This document shows positions 12,601-25,229 of a stretch of DNA of 64,000 nt, piece after piece. The notes under the pieces are model-generated. The model was not told the origin of the DNA. It ran no database searches and saw nothing but the letters and a program-made list of their open reading frames with translations. Position numbers and translations under genes: made by a program. The DNA is taken from the NCBI GenBank assembly GCA_964016885.1, contig OZ024741.1, positions 868,001-932,000 of the forward strand. The letters run 5' to 3'. The DNA comes from Eledone cirrhosa (taxonomy: Eukaryota). The number at the start of each line of letters is the position of its first letter. Position 1 is the first letter of the stretch.

Positions 12601-15600
12601 TGTTGTTGTTGGTGTTATTGTTGTTGTTGGTGTTATTGTTGTTGTTGGTGTTATTGTTGGTGTTGGTGTTATTGTTGGTGTTGGTGTTATTGTTGGTGTT
12701 GGTGTTATTGTTGTTGTTGATGTTATTGTTGTTGTTGGTGTTATTGTTGGTGTTGGTGTTATTGTTGGTGTTGGTGTTATTGTTGGTGTTGGTGTTATTG
12801 TTGGTGTTGGTGTTATTGTTGTTGTTGATGTTATTGTTGTTGTTGATGTTATTGTTGTTGTTGGTGTTATTGTTGTTGTTGGTGTTATTGTTGTTGTTGG
12901 TGTTATTGTTGTTGTTGGTGTTATTGTTGTTGTTGGTGTTATTGTTGGTGTTGGTGTTATTGTTGTTGTTGGTGTTATTGTTGTTGTTGGTGTTATTGTT
13001 GGTGTTATTGTTGGTGTTATTGTTGTTGTTGATGTTATTGTTGTTGTTGATGTTATTGTTGTTGTTGGTGTTATTGTTGTTGTTGGTGTTATTGTTGTTG
13101 TTGGTGTTATTGTTGCTGTTGGTGTTATTGTTGGTGTTGATGTTATTGTTGTTGTTGGTGTTATTGGTGGTGTTGATGTTATTGTTGTTGTTGGTGTTAT
13201 TGTTGTTGTTGGTGTTATTGTTGGTGTTGGTGTTATTGTTGGTGTTGGTGTTATTGTTGTTGTTGATGTTATTGTTGTTGTTGGTGTTATTGTTGTTGTT
13301 GGTGTTATTGTTGTTGTTGGTGTTATTGTTGTTGTTGGTGTTATTGTTGGTGTTATTATTGTTGTTGATGTTATTGTTGTTGTTGATGTTATTGTTGTTG
13401 TTGGTGTTATTGTTGGTGTTATTGTTGTTGTTGGTGTTATTGTTGTTGTTGGTGTTATTGTTGTTGTTGGTGTTATTGTTGGTGTTGGTGTTATTGTTGG
13501 TGTTGATGTTATTGTTGTTGTAGGTGTTATTGTTGGTGTTGGTGTTATTGTTGGTGTTAATGTTATTGTTGTTGTTGGTGTTATTGTTGGTGTTGATGTT
13601 ATTGTTGTTGTTGATGTTATTGTTGGTGTTGTTGTTATTGTTGTTGTTGATGTTATTGTTGGTGTTGGTGTTATTGTTGGTGTTGGTGTTATTGTTGGTG
13701 TTATTATTGTTGTTGGTGTTATTGTTGGTGTTGGTGTTATTGGTGTTGTTGGTGTTATTGTTGTTGTTGATGTTATTGTTGTTGTTGGTGTTAGTGTTGT
13801 TGTTGGTGTTAGTGTTGTTGTTGGTGTTATTGTTGTTGTTGGTGTTATTGTTGGTGTTGGTGTTAATGGTGTTGTTGGTGTTATTGTTGGTGTTGGTGTT
13901 ATTGTTGTTGTTGGTGTTATTGTTGGTGTTGGTGTTGTTGTTGGTGTTATTGTTGTTGTTGGTGTTATTGTTGTTGTTGGTGTTATTGTTGGTGTTGGTG
14001 TTATTGTTGGTGTTATTGTTGTTGTTGGTGTTATTGTTGGTGTTGGTGTTATTGTTGGTGTTATTGTTGTTGTTGGTGTTATTGTTGTTGTTGGTGTTAT
14101 TGTTGTTGTTGGTGTTATTGTTGTTGTTGGTGTTATTGTTGGTGTTATTATTGTTGTTGATGTTATTGTTGTTGTTGATGTTATTGTTGTTGTTGGTGTT
14201 ATTGTTGTTGTTGGTGTTATTGTTGTTGTAGGTGTTATTGTTGGTGTTGGTGTTATTGTTGGTGTTGGTGTTATTGTTGGTGTTGGTGTTATTGTTGTTG
14301 TTGGTGTTATTGTTGTTGTTGGTGTTATTGTTGTTGTTGGTGTTATTGTTGGTGTTGGTGTTATTGTTGTTGTAGGTGTTATTGTTGTTGTTGGTGTTAT
14401 TGTTGGTGTTATTGTTGTTGTTGGTGTTATTGTTGTTGTTGATGTTATTGTTGTTGTTGATGTTATTGTTGTTGTTGGTGTTATTGTTGTTGTTGGTGTT
14501 ATTGTTGTTGTTGGTGTTATTGTTGTTGTTGGTGTTATTGTTGTTGTTGGTGTTATTGTTGGTGTTGGTGTTATTGTTGGTGTTGGTGTTATTGTTGGTG
14601 TTGGTGTTATTGTTGGTGTTGGTGTTATTGTTGTTGTTGATGTTATTGTTGTTGTTGGTGTTATTGTTGGTGTTGGTGTTATTGTTGGTGTTGGTGTTAT
14701 TGTTGGTGTTGGTGTTATTGTTGGTGTTGGTGTTATTGTTGTTGTTGATGTTATTGTTGTTGTTGATGTTATTGTTGTTGTTGGTGTTATTGTTGTTGTT
14801 GGTGTTATTGTTGTTGTTGGTGTTATTGTTGTTGTTGGTGTTATTGTTGTTGTTGGTGTTATTGTTGTTGTTGGTGTTATTGTTGGTGTTGGTGTTATTG
14901 TTGTTGTTGGTGTTATTGTTGTTGTTGGTGTTATTGTTGGTGTTATTGTTGGTGTTATTGTTGTTGTTGATGTTATTGTTGTTGTTGATGTTATTGTTGT
15001 TGTTGGTGTTATTGTTGTTGTTGGTGTTATTGTTGTTGTTGGTGTTATTGTTGGTGTTGGTGTTATTGTTGGTGTTGATGTTATTGTTGTTGTTGGTGTT
15101 ATTGGTGGTGTTGATGTTATTGTTGTTGTTGGTGTTATTGTTGTTGTTGGTGTTATTGTTGGTGTTGGTGTTATTGTTGGTGTTGGTGTTATTGTTGTTG
15201 TTGATGTTATTGTTGTTGTTGGTGTTATTGTTGTTGTTGGTGTTATTGTTGTTGTTGGTGTTATTGTTGTTGTTGGTGTTATTGTTGGTGTTATTATTGT
15301 TGTTGATGTTATTGTTGTTGTTGATGTTATTGTTGTTGTTGGTGTTATTGTTGGTGTTATTGTTGTTGTTGGTGTTATTGTTGTTGTTGGTGTTATTGTT
15401 GTTGTTGGTGTTATTGTTGGTGTTGGTGTTATTGTTGGTGTTGATGTTATTGTTGTTGTTGGTGTTATTGGTGGTGTTGATGTTATTGTTGTCGTTTGTG
15501 TTATTGTTGTTGTTGGTGTTATTGTTGTTGTTGGTGCTATTGTTGGTGTTGGTGTTATTGTTGTTGTTGGTGTTATTGTTGGTGTTGGTGTTATTGTTGG

Positions 15601-18600
15601 TGTTGGTGTTATTGTTGGTGTTGGTGTTATTGTTGGTGTTGGTGTTATTGTTGGTGTTGGTGTTATTGTTGTCGTTTGTGTTATTATTGTTGTTGATGTT
15701 ATTGTTGTTGCTGGTGTTATTGTTGGTGTTGGTGTTATTGTTGTTGTTGGTGTTATTGTTGGTGTTGGTGTTATTGTTGTTGTTGGTGTTATTGTTGTTG
15801 TTGCTGTTATTGTTGTTGTTGGTGTTATTGTTGTTGTTGGTGTTATTGTTGTTGTTGGTGTTATTGTTGTTGTTGGTGTTATTGTTAGAGTTGGTGTTAT
15901 TGTTGTTGTTGGTGTTATTGTTGGTGTTGGTGTTATTGTTGTTGCTGGTGTTATTGTTGTTGTTGATGTTATTGTTGTTGTTGGTGTTATTGTTGGTGTT
16001 GGTGTTATTGTTGTTGTTGGTGTTATTGTTGTTGTTGGTGTTATTGTTATTGTTGGTGTTGGTGTTATTGTGGATGTTGATGTTATTGTTGGTGTTGATG
16101 TTATTGTTGTTGTTGGTGTTATTGTTGGTGTTGATGTTATTGTTGTTGTTGGTGTTATTGTTGGTGTTGGTGTTATTGTTGTTGTTGGTGTTATTGTTGG
16201 TGTTGGTGTTATTGTGGTTGTTGGTGTTATTGTTGGTGTTGATGTTATTGTTGTTGTTGGTGTTATTGTCGGTGTTGATGTTATTGTTGTTGTTGGTGTT
16301 ATTGTTGGTGTTGGTGTTATTGTTGTTGTTGGTGTTATTGTTGTTGTTGGTGTTATTGTTGGTGTTGATGTTATTGTTGGTGTTGATGTTATTGTTGTTG
16401 TTGGTGTTATTGTTGTTGTTGGTGTTATTGTTGTTGTTGGTGTTATTGTTGTTGTTGGTGTTATTGTTGGTGTTGGTGTTATTGTTGTTGTTGGTGTTAT
16501 TGTTGGTGTTGGTGTTATTGTTGGTGTTGATGTTATTGTTGTTGTTGGCGTTATTGTTGGTATTGGTGTTATTGTTGTTGTGGGTGTTATTGTTGTTGTT
16601 GGTGTTATTGTTGTTGTTGGTGTTATTGTTGTTGTTGATGTTATTGTGGTTGTTGGTGTTATTGTTGTTGTTGGTGTTATTGTTGGTGTTGAAGTTATTG
16701 TTGTTGTTGGTGTTATAGTTGTTGTTGGTGTTATTGTTGGTGTTGATGTTATTGATGTTGTTGGTTTTATTGTTGGTGTTGATGTTATTGTTGTTGTTGG
16801 TGTTATTGTTGGTGTTGGTGTTATTGTTGTTGTTGGTGTTATTGTTGTTGTTGGTGTTATTGTTGGTGTTGATGTTATTGTTGTTGTTGGTGTTATTGTT
16901 GTTGTTGGTGTTATTGTTGTTGTTGGTGTTATTGTTGTCGTTGGTGTTATTGTTGGTGTTGATGTTATTGTTGTTGTTGGTGTTATTGTCGTTGTTGGTG
17001 TTATTGTTTGTGTTGGTGTTATTGTTGTTGGTGTTATTGTTGGTGTTGGTGTTATTGTTGGTGTTGATGTTATTGTTGTTGTTGGTGTTATTGTTGGTGT
17101 TGGTGTTATTGTTGTTGTTGGTGTTATTGTGGTTGTTGGTGTTATTGTTGGTGTTGGTGTTATTGTTGTTGTTGGTGTTATTGTTGTTGTTGTTTTTATT
17201 GTGGTTGTTGGTGTTATTGTTGTTGTTGGTGATATTGTTGGTGCTGGTGTTATTCTTGTTGTTGGTGTTATTGTTGTTGTTGGTGTTATTGTGGTTGTTG
17301 GTGTTATTGTTGGTGTTGATGTTATTGTTGTTGTTGGTGTTATTGTTGTTGTTGGTGTTATTGTTGGTGGTGATGTTATTGTTGTTGTTGGTGTTATTGT
17401 GGTTGTTGGTGTTATTGTGGTTGTTGGTGTTATTGTTGTTGTTGGTGTTATTGTAGTTGTTGGTGTTATTGTTGGTGTTGATGTTATTGTTGTTGTTGGT
17501 GTTATTGTTGGTGTTGGTGTTATTGTTGTTGTTGGTGTTATTGTGGTTGTTGGTGTTATTGTTGTTGTTGGTGTTATTGTTGTTGTTGGTGTTATTGTTG
17601 TTGTTGGTGTTATTGTTGTTGTTGGTGTTATTGTTGGTGTTGGTGTTATTGTTGTTGTTGGTGTTATTGTGGTTGTTGGTGTTATTGTTGTTGATGATGT
17701 TATTGTTGATGTTGGTGTTATTGTTGTTGTTGGTGTTATTGTTGTTGTTGGTGTTATTGTTGGAGTTGGTGTTATTGTTGTTGTTGGTGTTATTATTGGT
17801 GTTGGTGTTATTGTTGGTGTTGGTGTTATTGTTGGTGTTGGTGTTATTGTTGTTGTTGGTGTTGGTGTTATTGTTGTTGTTGGTGTTATTGTTGGTGTTG
17901 GTGTTATTGTTGTTGTTGGTTTTGCTGTTATTGTGGTTGTTGGTGTTATTGTTGTTTTTGGTGTTATTGTTGTTGTTGGTGTTATTGTTGGTGTTGATGT
18001 TATTGTTGTTGTTGGTGTTATTGTTGGTGTTGGTGTTATTGTTGTTGTTGGTGTTATTGTTGTTGTTGGTGTTATTGTTGTTGTTGGTGTTATTGTTGGT
18101 GTTGGTGTTATTGTTGGTGTTGGTGTTATTGTTGTTGTTGGTGTTATTGTTGTTGTTGGTGTTATTGTTGTCGTTTGTGTTATTGTTGTTGTTGATGTTA
18201 TTGTTGTTGCTGGTGTTATTGTTGGTGTTGGTGTTATTGTTGTTGTTGGTGTTATTGTTGGTGTTGGTGTTATTGTTGTTGTTGGTGTTATTGTTGTTGT
18301 TGATGTTATTGTTGTTGTTGGTGTTATTGTTGTTATTGGTGTTATTGTTGGTGTTGGTGTTATTGTTGGTGTTGGTGTTATTGTTGTTGTTGGTGCTATT
18401 GTTGGTGTTGGTGTAATTGTTGTTGTTGGTGTTATTGTTGTTGTTGATGTTATCGTTGTTGTTGGTGTTATTGTTGTTGTTGGTGTTATTGTTGTTGTTG
18501 GTGTTATTGTTGGTGTTGGTGTTGTTGTTGTTGTTGGTGTTATTGTTGTTGTTGGTGTTATTGTTTGTGTTGGTGTTATTGTTGTTGTTGGTGTTATTGT

Positions 18601-19338
18601 TGTTGTTGGTGTTATTGTTGTTGTTGGTGCTATTGTGGTTGTTGGTGTTATTGTTGTTGTTGGTGTTATTGTTGTTGTTGGTGTTATTGTTGTTGTTGCT
18701 GTTATTGTTGGTGTTGGTGTTATTGTTGTCGTTTGTGTTATTGTTGTTGTTGGTGTTATTGTTGTTGTTGGTGTTATTGTTGGTGTTGGTCTTATTGTTG
18801 TTGTTGGTGTTATTGTTGGTGTTGGTGTTATTGTTGGTGTTGGTGTTATTGTTGGTGTTGGTGTTATTGTTGGTGTTGGTGTTATTGTTGGTGTTGGTGT
18901 TATTGTTGTCGTTTGTGTTATTATTGTTGTTGATGTTATTGTTGTTGCTGGTGTTATTGTTGGTGTTGGTGTTATTGTTGTTGTTGGTGTTATTGTTGGT
19001 GTTGGTGTTATTGTTGTTGTTGGTGTTATTGTTGTTGTTGATGTTATTGTTGTTGTTGGTGTTATTGTTGTTGTTGGTGTTATTGTTGGTGTTGGTGTTA
19101 TTGTTGGTGTTGGTGTTATTGTTGGTGTTGGTGTTATTGTTGGTGTTGGTGTTATTGTTGTCGTTTGTGTTATTATTGTTGTTGATGTTATTGTTGTTGT
19201 TGGTGTTATTGTTGTTGTTGGTGTTATTGTTGTTGTTGGTGTTATTGTTGTTGTTGGTGTTATTGTTGTTGTTGGTGTTATTGTTGGTTTTGGTGTTATT
19301 GTTGTTGTTGGTGTTATTGTTGGTGTTGGGATTATTGT
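9634..19338 (-). CDS. Possible internal segment of a mucin-like PTS (Thr/Pro/Ile/Ser) repeat domain, (PTTTIT/PTPTIT/STPTIT)n; no start codon, splice site or domain context visible
   Basis: Minus frame with codons ACA/ATA/CCA/TCA, stop-free for 9,705 bp between TAA (+ tta 19339-19341) and TGA (+ tca 9631-9633). The ORF track misses it because it has no start codon. The composition resembles mucin PTS domains, but openness is also expected from the repeat itself. Confidence 0.25.
11780..15450. repeat. Tandem higher-order duplication, period ~1920 bp, with a partial third copy at ~7120-7950
   Basis: ORF-track stops at 12311/14231 (1920 apart) and starts at 12474/14376. The GTTAGTGTT plus ATTGGTGTT marker cluster appears near 7.15-7.3 kb, 11.8-11.95 kb and 13.74-13.87 kb. 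Confidence 0.8.
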
Positions 19339-21169
19339 TTATGTTGCTGTTATTGTTGTTGTTGGTGTTATTGTTGGTGTTGGTGTTTTTGTTGTTGTTG
19401 GTGTTATTGTTGTTGTTGATGTTATTGTTGTTGTTGGTGTTATTGTTGGTGTTGTTGTTATTGTTGTTGTTGGTGTTATTGTTGGTGTTGGTGTTATTGT
19501 TATTGTTGGTGTTATTGTGGTTGTTGGCGTTATTGTTGGTGTTGGTGTTATTGTTGTTGTTGTTGTCGGTGTTATTGTTGTTGTTGGTGTTATTGTTGGT
19601 GTTGGTGTTATTGTTGGTGTTGATGTTATTGTTGTTGTTGGTGTTATTGTTGGTGTTGGTGTTATTGTTGTTGTTGGTGTTATTGTGGTTGTTGGTGTTA
19701 TTGTTGGTGTTGGTGTTATTGTTGTTGTTGGTGTTATTTTTGTTGTTGGTTTTATTGTGGTTGTTGGTGTTATTGTGGTTGTTGGTGTTATTGTTGTTGT
19801 TGATGTTATTGTTGTTGTTGGTGTTATTGTTGTTGTTGGTGTTATTGTTGGTGTTGATGTTATTGTTGTTGGTGTTATTGTTGTTGTTGGTGTTATTGTG
19901 GTTGTTGGTGTTATTGTTGTTGTTGGTGTTATTGTTGTTGTTGGTGTTATTGTTGTTGTCGGTATTATTGTTGGTGTTGATGTTGTTGTTGTTGGTGTTA
20001 TTGTTGTTGTTGGTGTTATTGTTGTTGTTGGTGTTATTGTTGTTGTTGGTGTTATTGTTGTTGTTGATGTTATTGTTGTTGTTGGTGTTGGTGTTATTGT
20101 TGTTGTTGGTGTTATTGTTGTTGTTGATGTTATTGTTGTTGTTGGCGTTATTGTTGGTGTTGGTGTTATTGTTGTTGTTGGTGTTATTGTTGTTGTTGAT
20201 GTTATTGTTGTTGTTGGTGTTATTGTTGGTGTTGGTGTTATTGTTGTTGTTGATGTTATTATTGTTGTTGGTGTTATTGTTGGTGTTGGTGTTATTGTTG
20301 TTGTTGGTGTTATTGTTGTTGTTGGTGTTATTGTTGTTGTTGATGTTATTGTTGTTGTTGGTGTTATTGTTGTTGTTGGTGTTATTGTTGGTGTTGATGT
20401 TATTGTTGTTGGTGTTATTGTTGTTGTTAGTGTTATTGTTGTTGTTGATGTTATTGTTGTTGTTGGTGTTATTGTTGGTGTTGGTGTTATTGTTGTTGTT
20501 GGTGTTATTGTTGTTGCTGGTGTTATTGTTGTTGTTGGTGTTATTGTTGTTGTTGATGTTATTGTTGTTGTTGGTGTTATTGTTGGTGTTGGTGTTATTG
20601 TTGTTGTTGGTGTTATTGTTGTTGTTGATGTTATTGTTGTTGTTGGTGTTATTGTTGGTGTTGGTGTTATGGTTGTTGTTGGTGTTATTGTTGTTGTTGG
20701 TGTTATTGTTGTTGTTGGTGTTATTGTTGTTGTTGATGTTATTGTTGTTGTTGGTGTTATTGTTGGTGTTGGTGTTATTGTTGTTGTTGGTGTTATTGTT
20801 GTTGTTGGTGTTATTGTTATTGTTGGTGTTGGTGTTATTGTTGTGGTTGGTGTTATTGTTGTTGTTGATGTTATTGTTGTTGTTGGTGTTATTGTTGGTG
20901 TTGGTGTTATGGTTGTTGTTGGTGTTATTGTTGTTGTTGGTGTTATTGTTGTTGTTGGTGTTATTGTTGGTGTTGGTGTTATTGTTGGTGTTATTGTTGT
21001 TGTTGGTGTTATTGTTGTTGTTGGTGTTATTGTTGGTGTTGGTTTTATTGTTGTTGCTGGTGTTATTGTTGGTGTTGGTGTTATTGTTGTTGTTGGTGTT
21101 ATTGTTGGTGTTGGTGTTATTGTTGGTGTTGGTGTTATTGTTGGTGTTGGTGTTATTGTTGGTGTTGGT

Positions 21170-24150
21170 GTTATTGTTGGTGTTGGTGTTATTGTTGGTG
21201 TTGGTGTTATTGTTGTTGTTGGTGTTATTGTTGTTGTTGGTGTTATTGTTGTTGTTGGTGTTATTGTTGTTGCTGGTATTATTGTTGGTGTTGGTGTTTT
21301 TGATGGTGTTCGTGTTATTGTTGTTGTTGGTGTTATTGTTGGTGTTGGTGTTATTGTTGTTGTTGGTGTTATTGTTGGTGTTGGTGTTATTGTTGTTGTT
21401 GGTGTTATTGTTGTTGTTGTTGTTGTTGATGTTATTGTTGTTGTTGGTGTTATTGTTGTTGTTGGTGTTATTGTTGTTGTTGGTGTTATTGTTGTTGTTG
21501 GTGTTATTGTTAGAGTTGGTGTTATTGTTGTTGTTGGTGTTATTGTTGGTGTTGGTGTTATTGTTGTTGTTGGTGTTATTGTTGTTGTTGATGTTATTGT
21601 TGTTGTTGGTGTTATTGTTGGTGTTGGTGTTATTGTTGTTGTTGGTGTTATTGTTGTTGTTGGTGTTATTGTTATTGTTGGTGTTATTGTTTGTGTTGGT
21701 GTTATTGTTGTTGGTGTTATTGTTGGTGTTGGTGTTATTGTTGGTGTTGATGTTATTGTTGTTGTTGGTGTTATTGTTGGTGTTGCTGTTATTGTTGTTG
21801 TTGGTGTTATTGTCGTTGTTGGTGTTATTGTTTGTGTTGGTGTTATTGTTGTTGGTGTTATTGTTGGTGTTGGTGTTATTGTTGGTGTTGATGTTATTGT
21901 TGTTGTTGGTGTTATTGTTGGTGTTGGTGTTATTGTTGTTGTTGGTATTATTGTGGTTGTTGGTGTTATTGTTGGTGTTTGTGTTATTGTTGTTGTTGGT
22001 GTTATTGTTGTTGTTGTTTTTATTGTGGTTGTTGGTGTTATTGTTGTTGTTGGTGATATTGTTGGTGCTGGTGTTATTGTTGTTGTTGGTGTTATTGTTG
22101 TTGTTGGTGTTATTGTGGTTCGTTGGTGTTATTGTTGGTGTTGATGTTATTGTTGTTGTTGGTGTTATTGTTGTTGTTGGTGTTATTGTTGGTGGTGATG
22201 TTATTGTTGTTGTTGGTGTTATTGTGGTTGTTGGTATTATTGTGGTTGTTGGTGTTATTGTTGTTGTTGGTGTTATTGTTGTTGTTGGTGTTATTGTTGG
22301 TGTTGATGTTATTGTTGTTGTTGGTGTTATTGTTGGTGTTGGTGTTATTGTTGTTGTTGGTGTTATTGTTTGTTGTTGGTGTTATTGTTGTTGTTGGTGT
22401 TATTGTTGTTGTTGGTGTTATTGTTGTTGTTGGTGTTATTGTTGTTGTTGGTGTTATTGTTGGTGTTGGTGTTATTGTTGTTGTTGGTGTTATTGTGGTT
22501 GTTGGTGTTATTGTTGTTGATGATGTTATTGTTGATGTTGGTGTTATTGTTGTTGTTGGTGTTATTGTTGTTGTTGGTGTTATTGTTGGTGTTGGTGTTA
22601 TTGTTGTTGTTGGTGTTATTATTGGTGTTGGTGTTATTGTTGGTGTTGGTGTTATTGTTGGTGTTGGTGTTATTGTTGTTGTTGGTGTTATTGTTGTTGT
22701 TGGTGTTATTGTTGTTGTTGGTGTTATTGTTGTTGCTGGTATTATTGTTGGTGTTGGTGTTTTTGATGGTGTTCGTGTTATTGTTGTTGTTGGTGTTATT
22801 GTTGGTGTTGGTGTTATTGTTGTTGTTGGTGTTATTGTTGGTGTTGGTGTTATTGTTGTTGTTGGTGTTATTGTTGTTGTTGTTGTTGTTGATGTTATTG
22901 TTGTTGTTGGTGTTATTGTTGTTGTTGGTGTTATTGTTGTTGTTGGTGTTATTGTTGTTGTTGGTGTTATTGTTAGAGTTGGTGTTATTGTTGTTGTTGG
23001 TGTTATTGTTGGTGTTGGTGTTATTGTTGTTGTTGGTGTTATTGTTGTTGTTGATGTTATTGTTGTTGTTGGTGTTATTGTTGGTGTTGGTGTTATTGTT
23101 GTTGTTGGTGTTATTGTTGTTGTTGGTGTTATTGTTATTGTTGGTGTTATTGTTTGTGTTGGTGTTATTGTTGTTGGTGTTATTGTTGGTGTTGGTGTTA
23201 TTGTTGGTGTTGATGTTATTGTTGTTGTTGGTGTTATTGTTGGTGTTGCTGTTATTGTTGTTGTTGGTGTTATTGTCGTTGTTGGTGTTATTGTTTGTGT
23301 TGGTGTTATTGTTGTTGGTGTTATTGTTGGTGTTGGTGTTATTGTTGGTGTTGATGTTATTGTTGTTGTTGGTGTTATTGTTGGTGTTGGTGTTATTGTT
23401 GTTGTTGGTATTATTGTGGTTGTTGGTGTTATTGTTGGTGTTTGTGTTATTGTTGTTGTTGGTGTTATTGTTGTTGTTGTTTTTATTGTGGTTGTTGGTG
23501 TTATTGTTGTTGTTGGTGATATTGTTGGTGCTGGTGTTATTGTTGTTGTTGGTGTTATTGTTGTTGTTGGTGTTATTGTGGTTCGTTGGTGTTATTGTTG
23601 GTGTTGATGTTATTGTTGTTGTTGGTGTTATTGTTGTTGTTGGTGTTATTGTTGGTGGTGATGTTATTGTTGTTGTTGGTGTTATTGTGGTTGTTGGTGT
23701 TATTGTGGTTGTTGGTGTTATTGTTGTTGTTGGTGTTATTGTTGTTGTTGGTGTTATTGTTGGTGTTGATGTTATTGTTGTTGTTGGTGTTATTGTTGGT
23801 GTTGGTGTTATTGTTGTTGTTGGTGTTATTGTTTGTTGTTGGTGTTATTGTTGTTGTTGGTGTTATTGTTGTTGTTGGTGTTATTGTTGTTGTTGGTGTT
23901 ATTGTTGTTGTTGGTGTTATTGTTGTTGTTGGTTTTATTGTTGTTGTTGGTGTTATTGTGGTTGTTGGTGTTATTGTTGTTGATGATGTTATTGTTGATG
24001 TTGGTGTTATTGTTGTTGTTGGTGTTATTGTTGTTGTTGGTGTTATTGTTGGTGTTGGTGTTATTGTTGTTGTTGGTGTTATTATTGGTGTTGGTGTTAT
24101 TGTTGGTGTTGGTGTTATTGTTGGTGTTGGTGTTATTGTTGTTGTTGGTG
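21170..24150. repeat. Tandem higher-order duplication, period 1463 bp, 2 copies
   Basis: TTTGATGGTGTTCGT (~21299/22762), AGAGTT (21512/22975) and the +1 insertions GTTCGTTGG (22121/23584) and GTTTGTTGTT (22370/23833) are all offset by 1463. Confidence 0.92.
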
Positions 24151-25229
24151 TTATTGTTGTTGTTGCTGTTATTGTTGGTGTTGGTGTTATTGTTGTTGTT
24201 GGTTTTGCTGTTATTGTGGTTGTTGGTGTTATTGTTGGTGTTAGTGTTATTGTTGTTGTTGGTGTTATTGTTGTTGTTGGTGTTATTGTTGTTGTTGGTG
24301 TTATTGTTGGTGTTGATGTTATTGTTGTTGTTGGTGTTATTGTTGGTGTTGGTGTTATTGTTGTTGTTGGTGTTATTGTTGTTGTTGGTGTTATTGTTGT
24401 TGTTGGTGTTATTGTTGGTGTTGGTGTTATTGTTGGTGTTGGTGTTATTGTTGTTGTTGGTGTTATTGTTGTTGTTGGTGTTATTGTTGTCGTTTGTGTT
24501 ATTGTTGTTGTTGATGTTATTGTTGTTGCAGGTGTTATTGTTGGTGTTGGTGTTATTGTTGTTGTTGGTGTTATTGTTGGTGTTGGTGTTATTGTTGTTG
24601 TTGGTGTTATTGTTGTTGTTGATGTTATTGTTGTTGTTGGTGTTATTGTTGTTATTGGTGTTATTGTTGTTGTTGGTGTTATTGTTGTTGTTGGTGTTAT
24701 TGTTGTTGTTGGTGTTATTGTTGGTGTTGGTGTTGTTGTTGTTGTTGGTGTTATTGTTGTTGTTGGTGTTATTGTTTGTGTTGGTGTTGTTGTTGTTGTT
24801 GGTGTTATTGTTGTTGTTGGTGTTATTGTTGTTGTTGGTGCTATTGTGGTTGTTGGTGTTATTGTTGTTGTTGGTGTTATTGTTGTTGTTGGTGTTATTG
24901 TTGTTGTTGCTGTTATTGTTGTTGTTGGTGTTATTGTTGTTGTTGGTGTTATTGTTGTTGTTGGTGTTATTGTTGGTGTTGGTGTTATTGTTGTTGTTGG
25001 TGTTGCTGTTATTGTGGTTGTTGGTGTTATTGTTGGTGTTGGTGTTATTGTTGTTGTTGGTGTTATTGTTGTTGTTGGTGTTTTTGTTGTTGTTGGTGTT
25101 GCTGTTATTGTTGTTGTTGGTGTCATTGTTGTTGTTGGTGTTATTGTTGGTGTTGGTGTTATTGTTGTTGTTGGTGTTATTGTTGGTGTTGGTGTTATTG
25201 TTGGTGTTATTGTTGTTGTTGGTGTTATT

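Noticed and set aside
18800-18900. G-quadruplex potential in GGTGTTGGT-rich runs
   Set aside because: Only GG doublets occur and G3 tracts are very rare, so at best weak two-tier structures could form. This is not supportable from sequence.
3380-22144. 6,254-aa + strand ORF (GVIVVV)n as a real giant protein
   Set aside because: Nearly all codons end in T, so stops need two changes and openness is automatic. The start is a chance TTG in the noisy patch, and a Val/Ile/Gly polymer with no domains is implausible.
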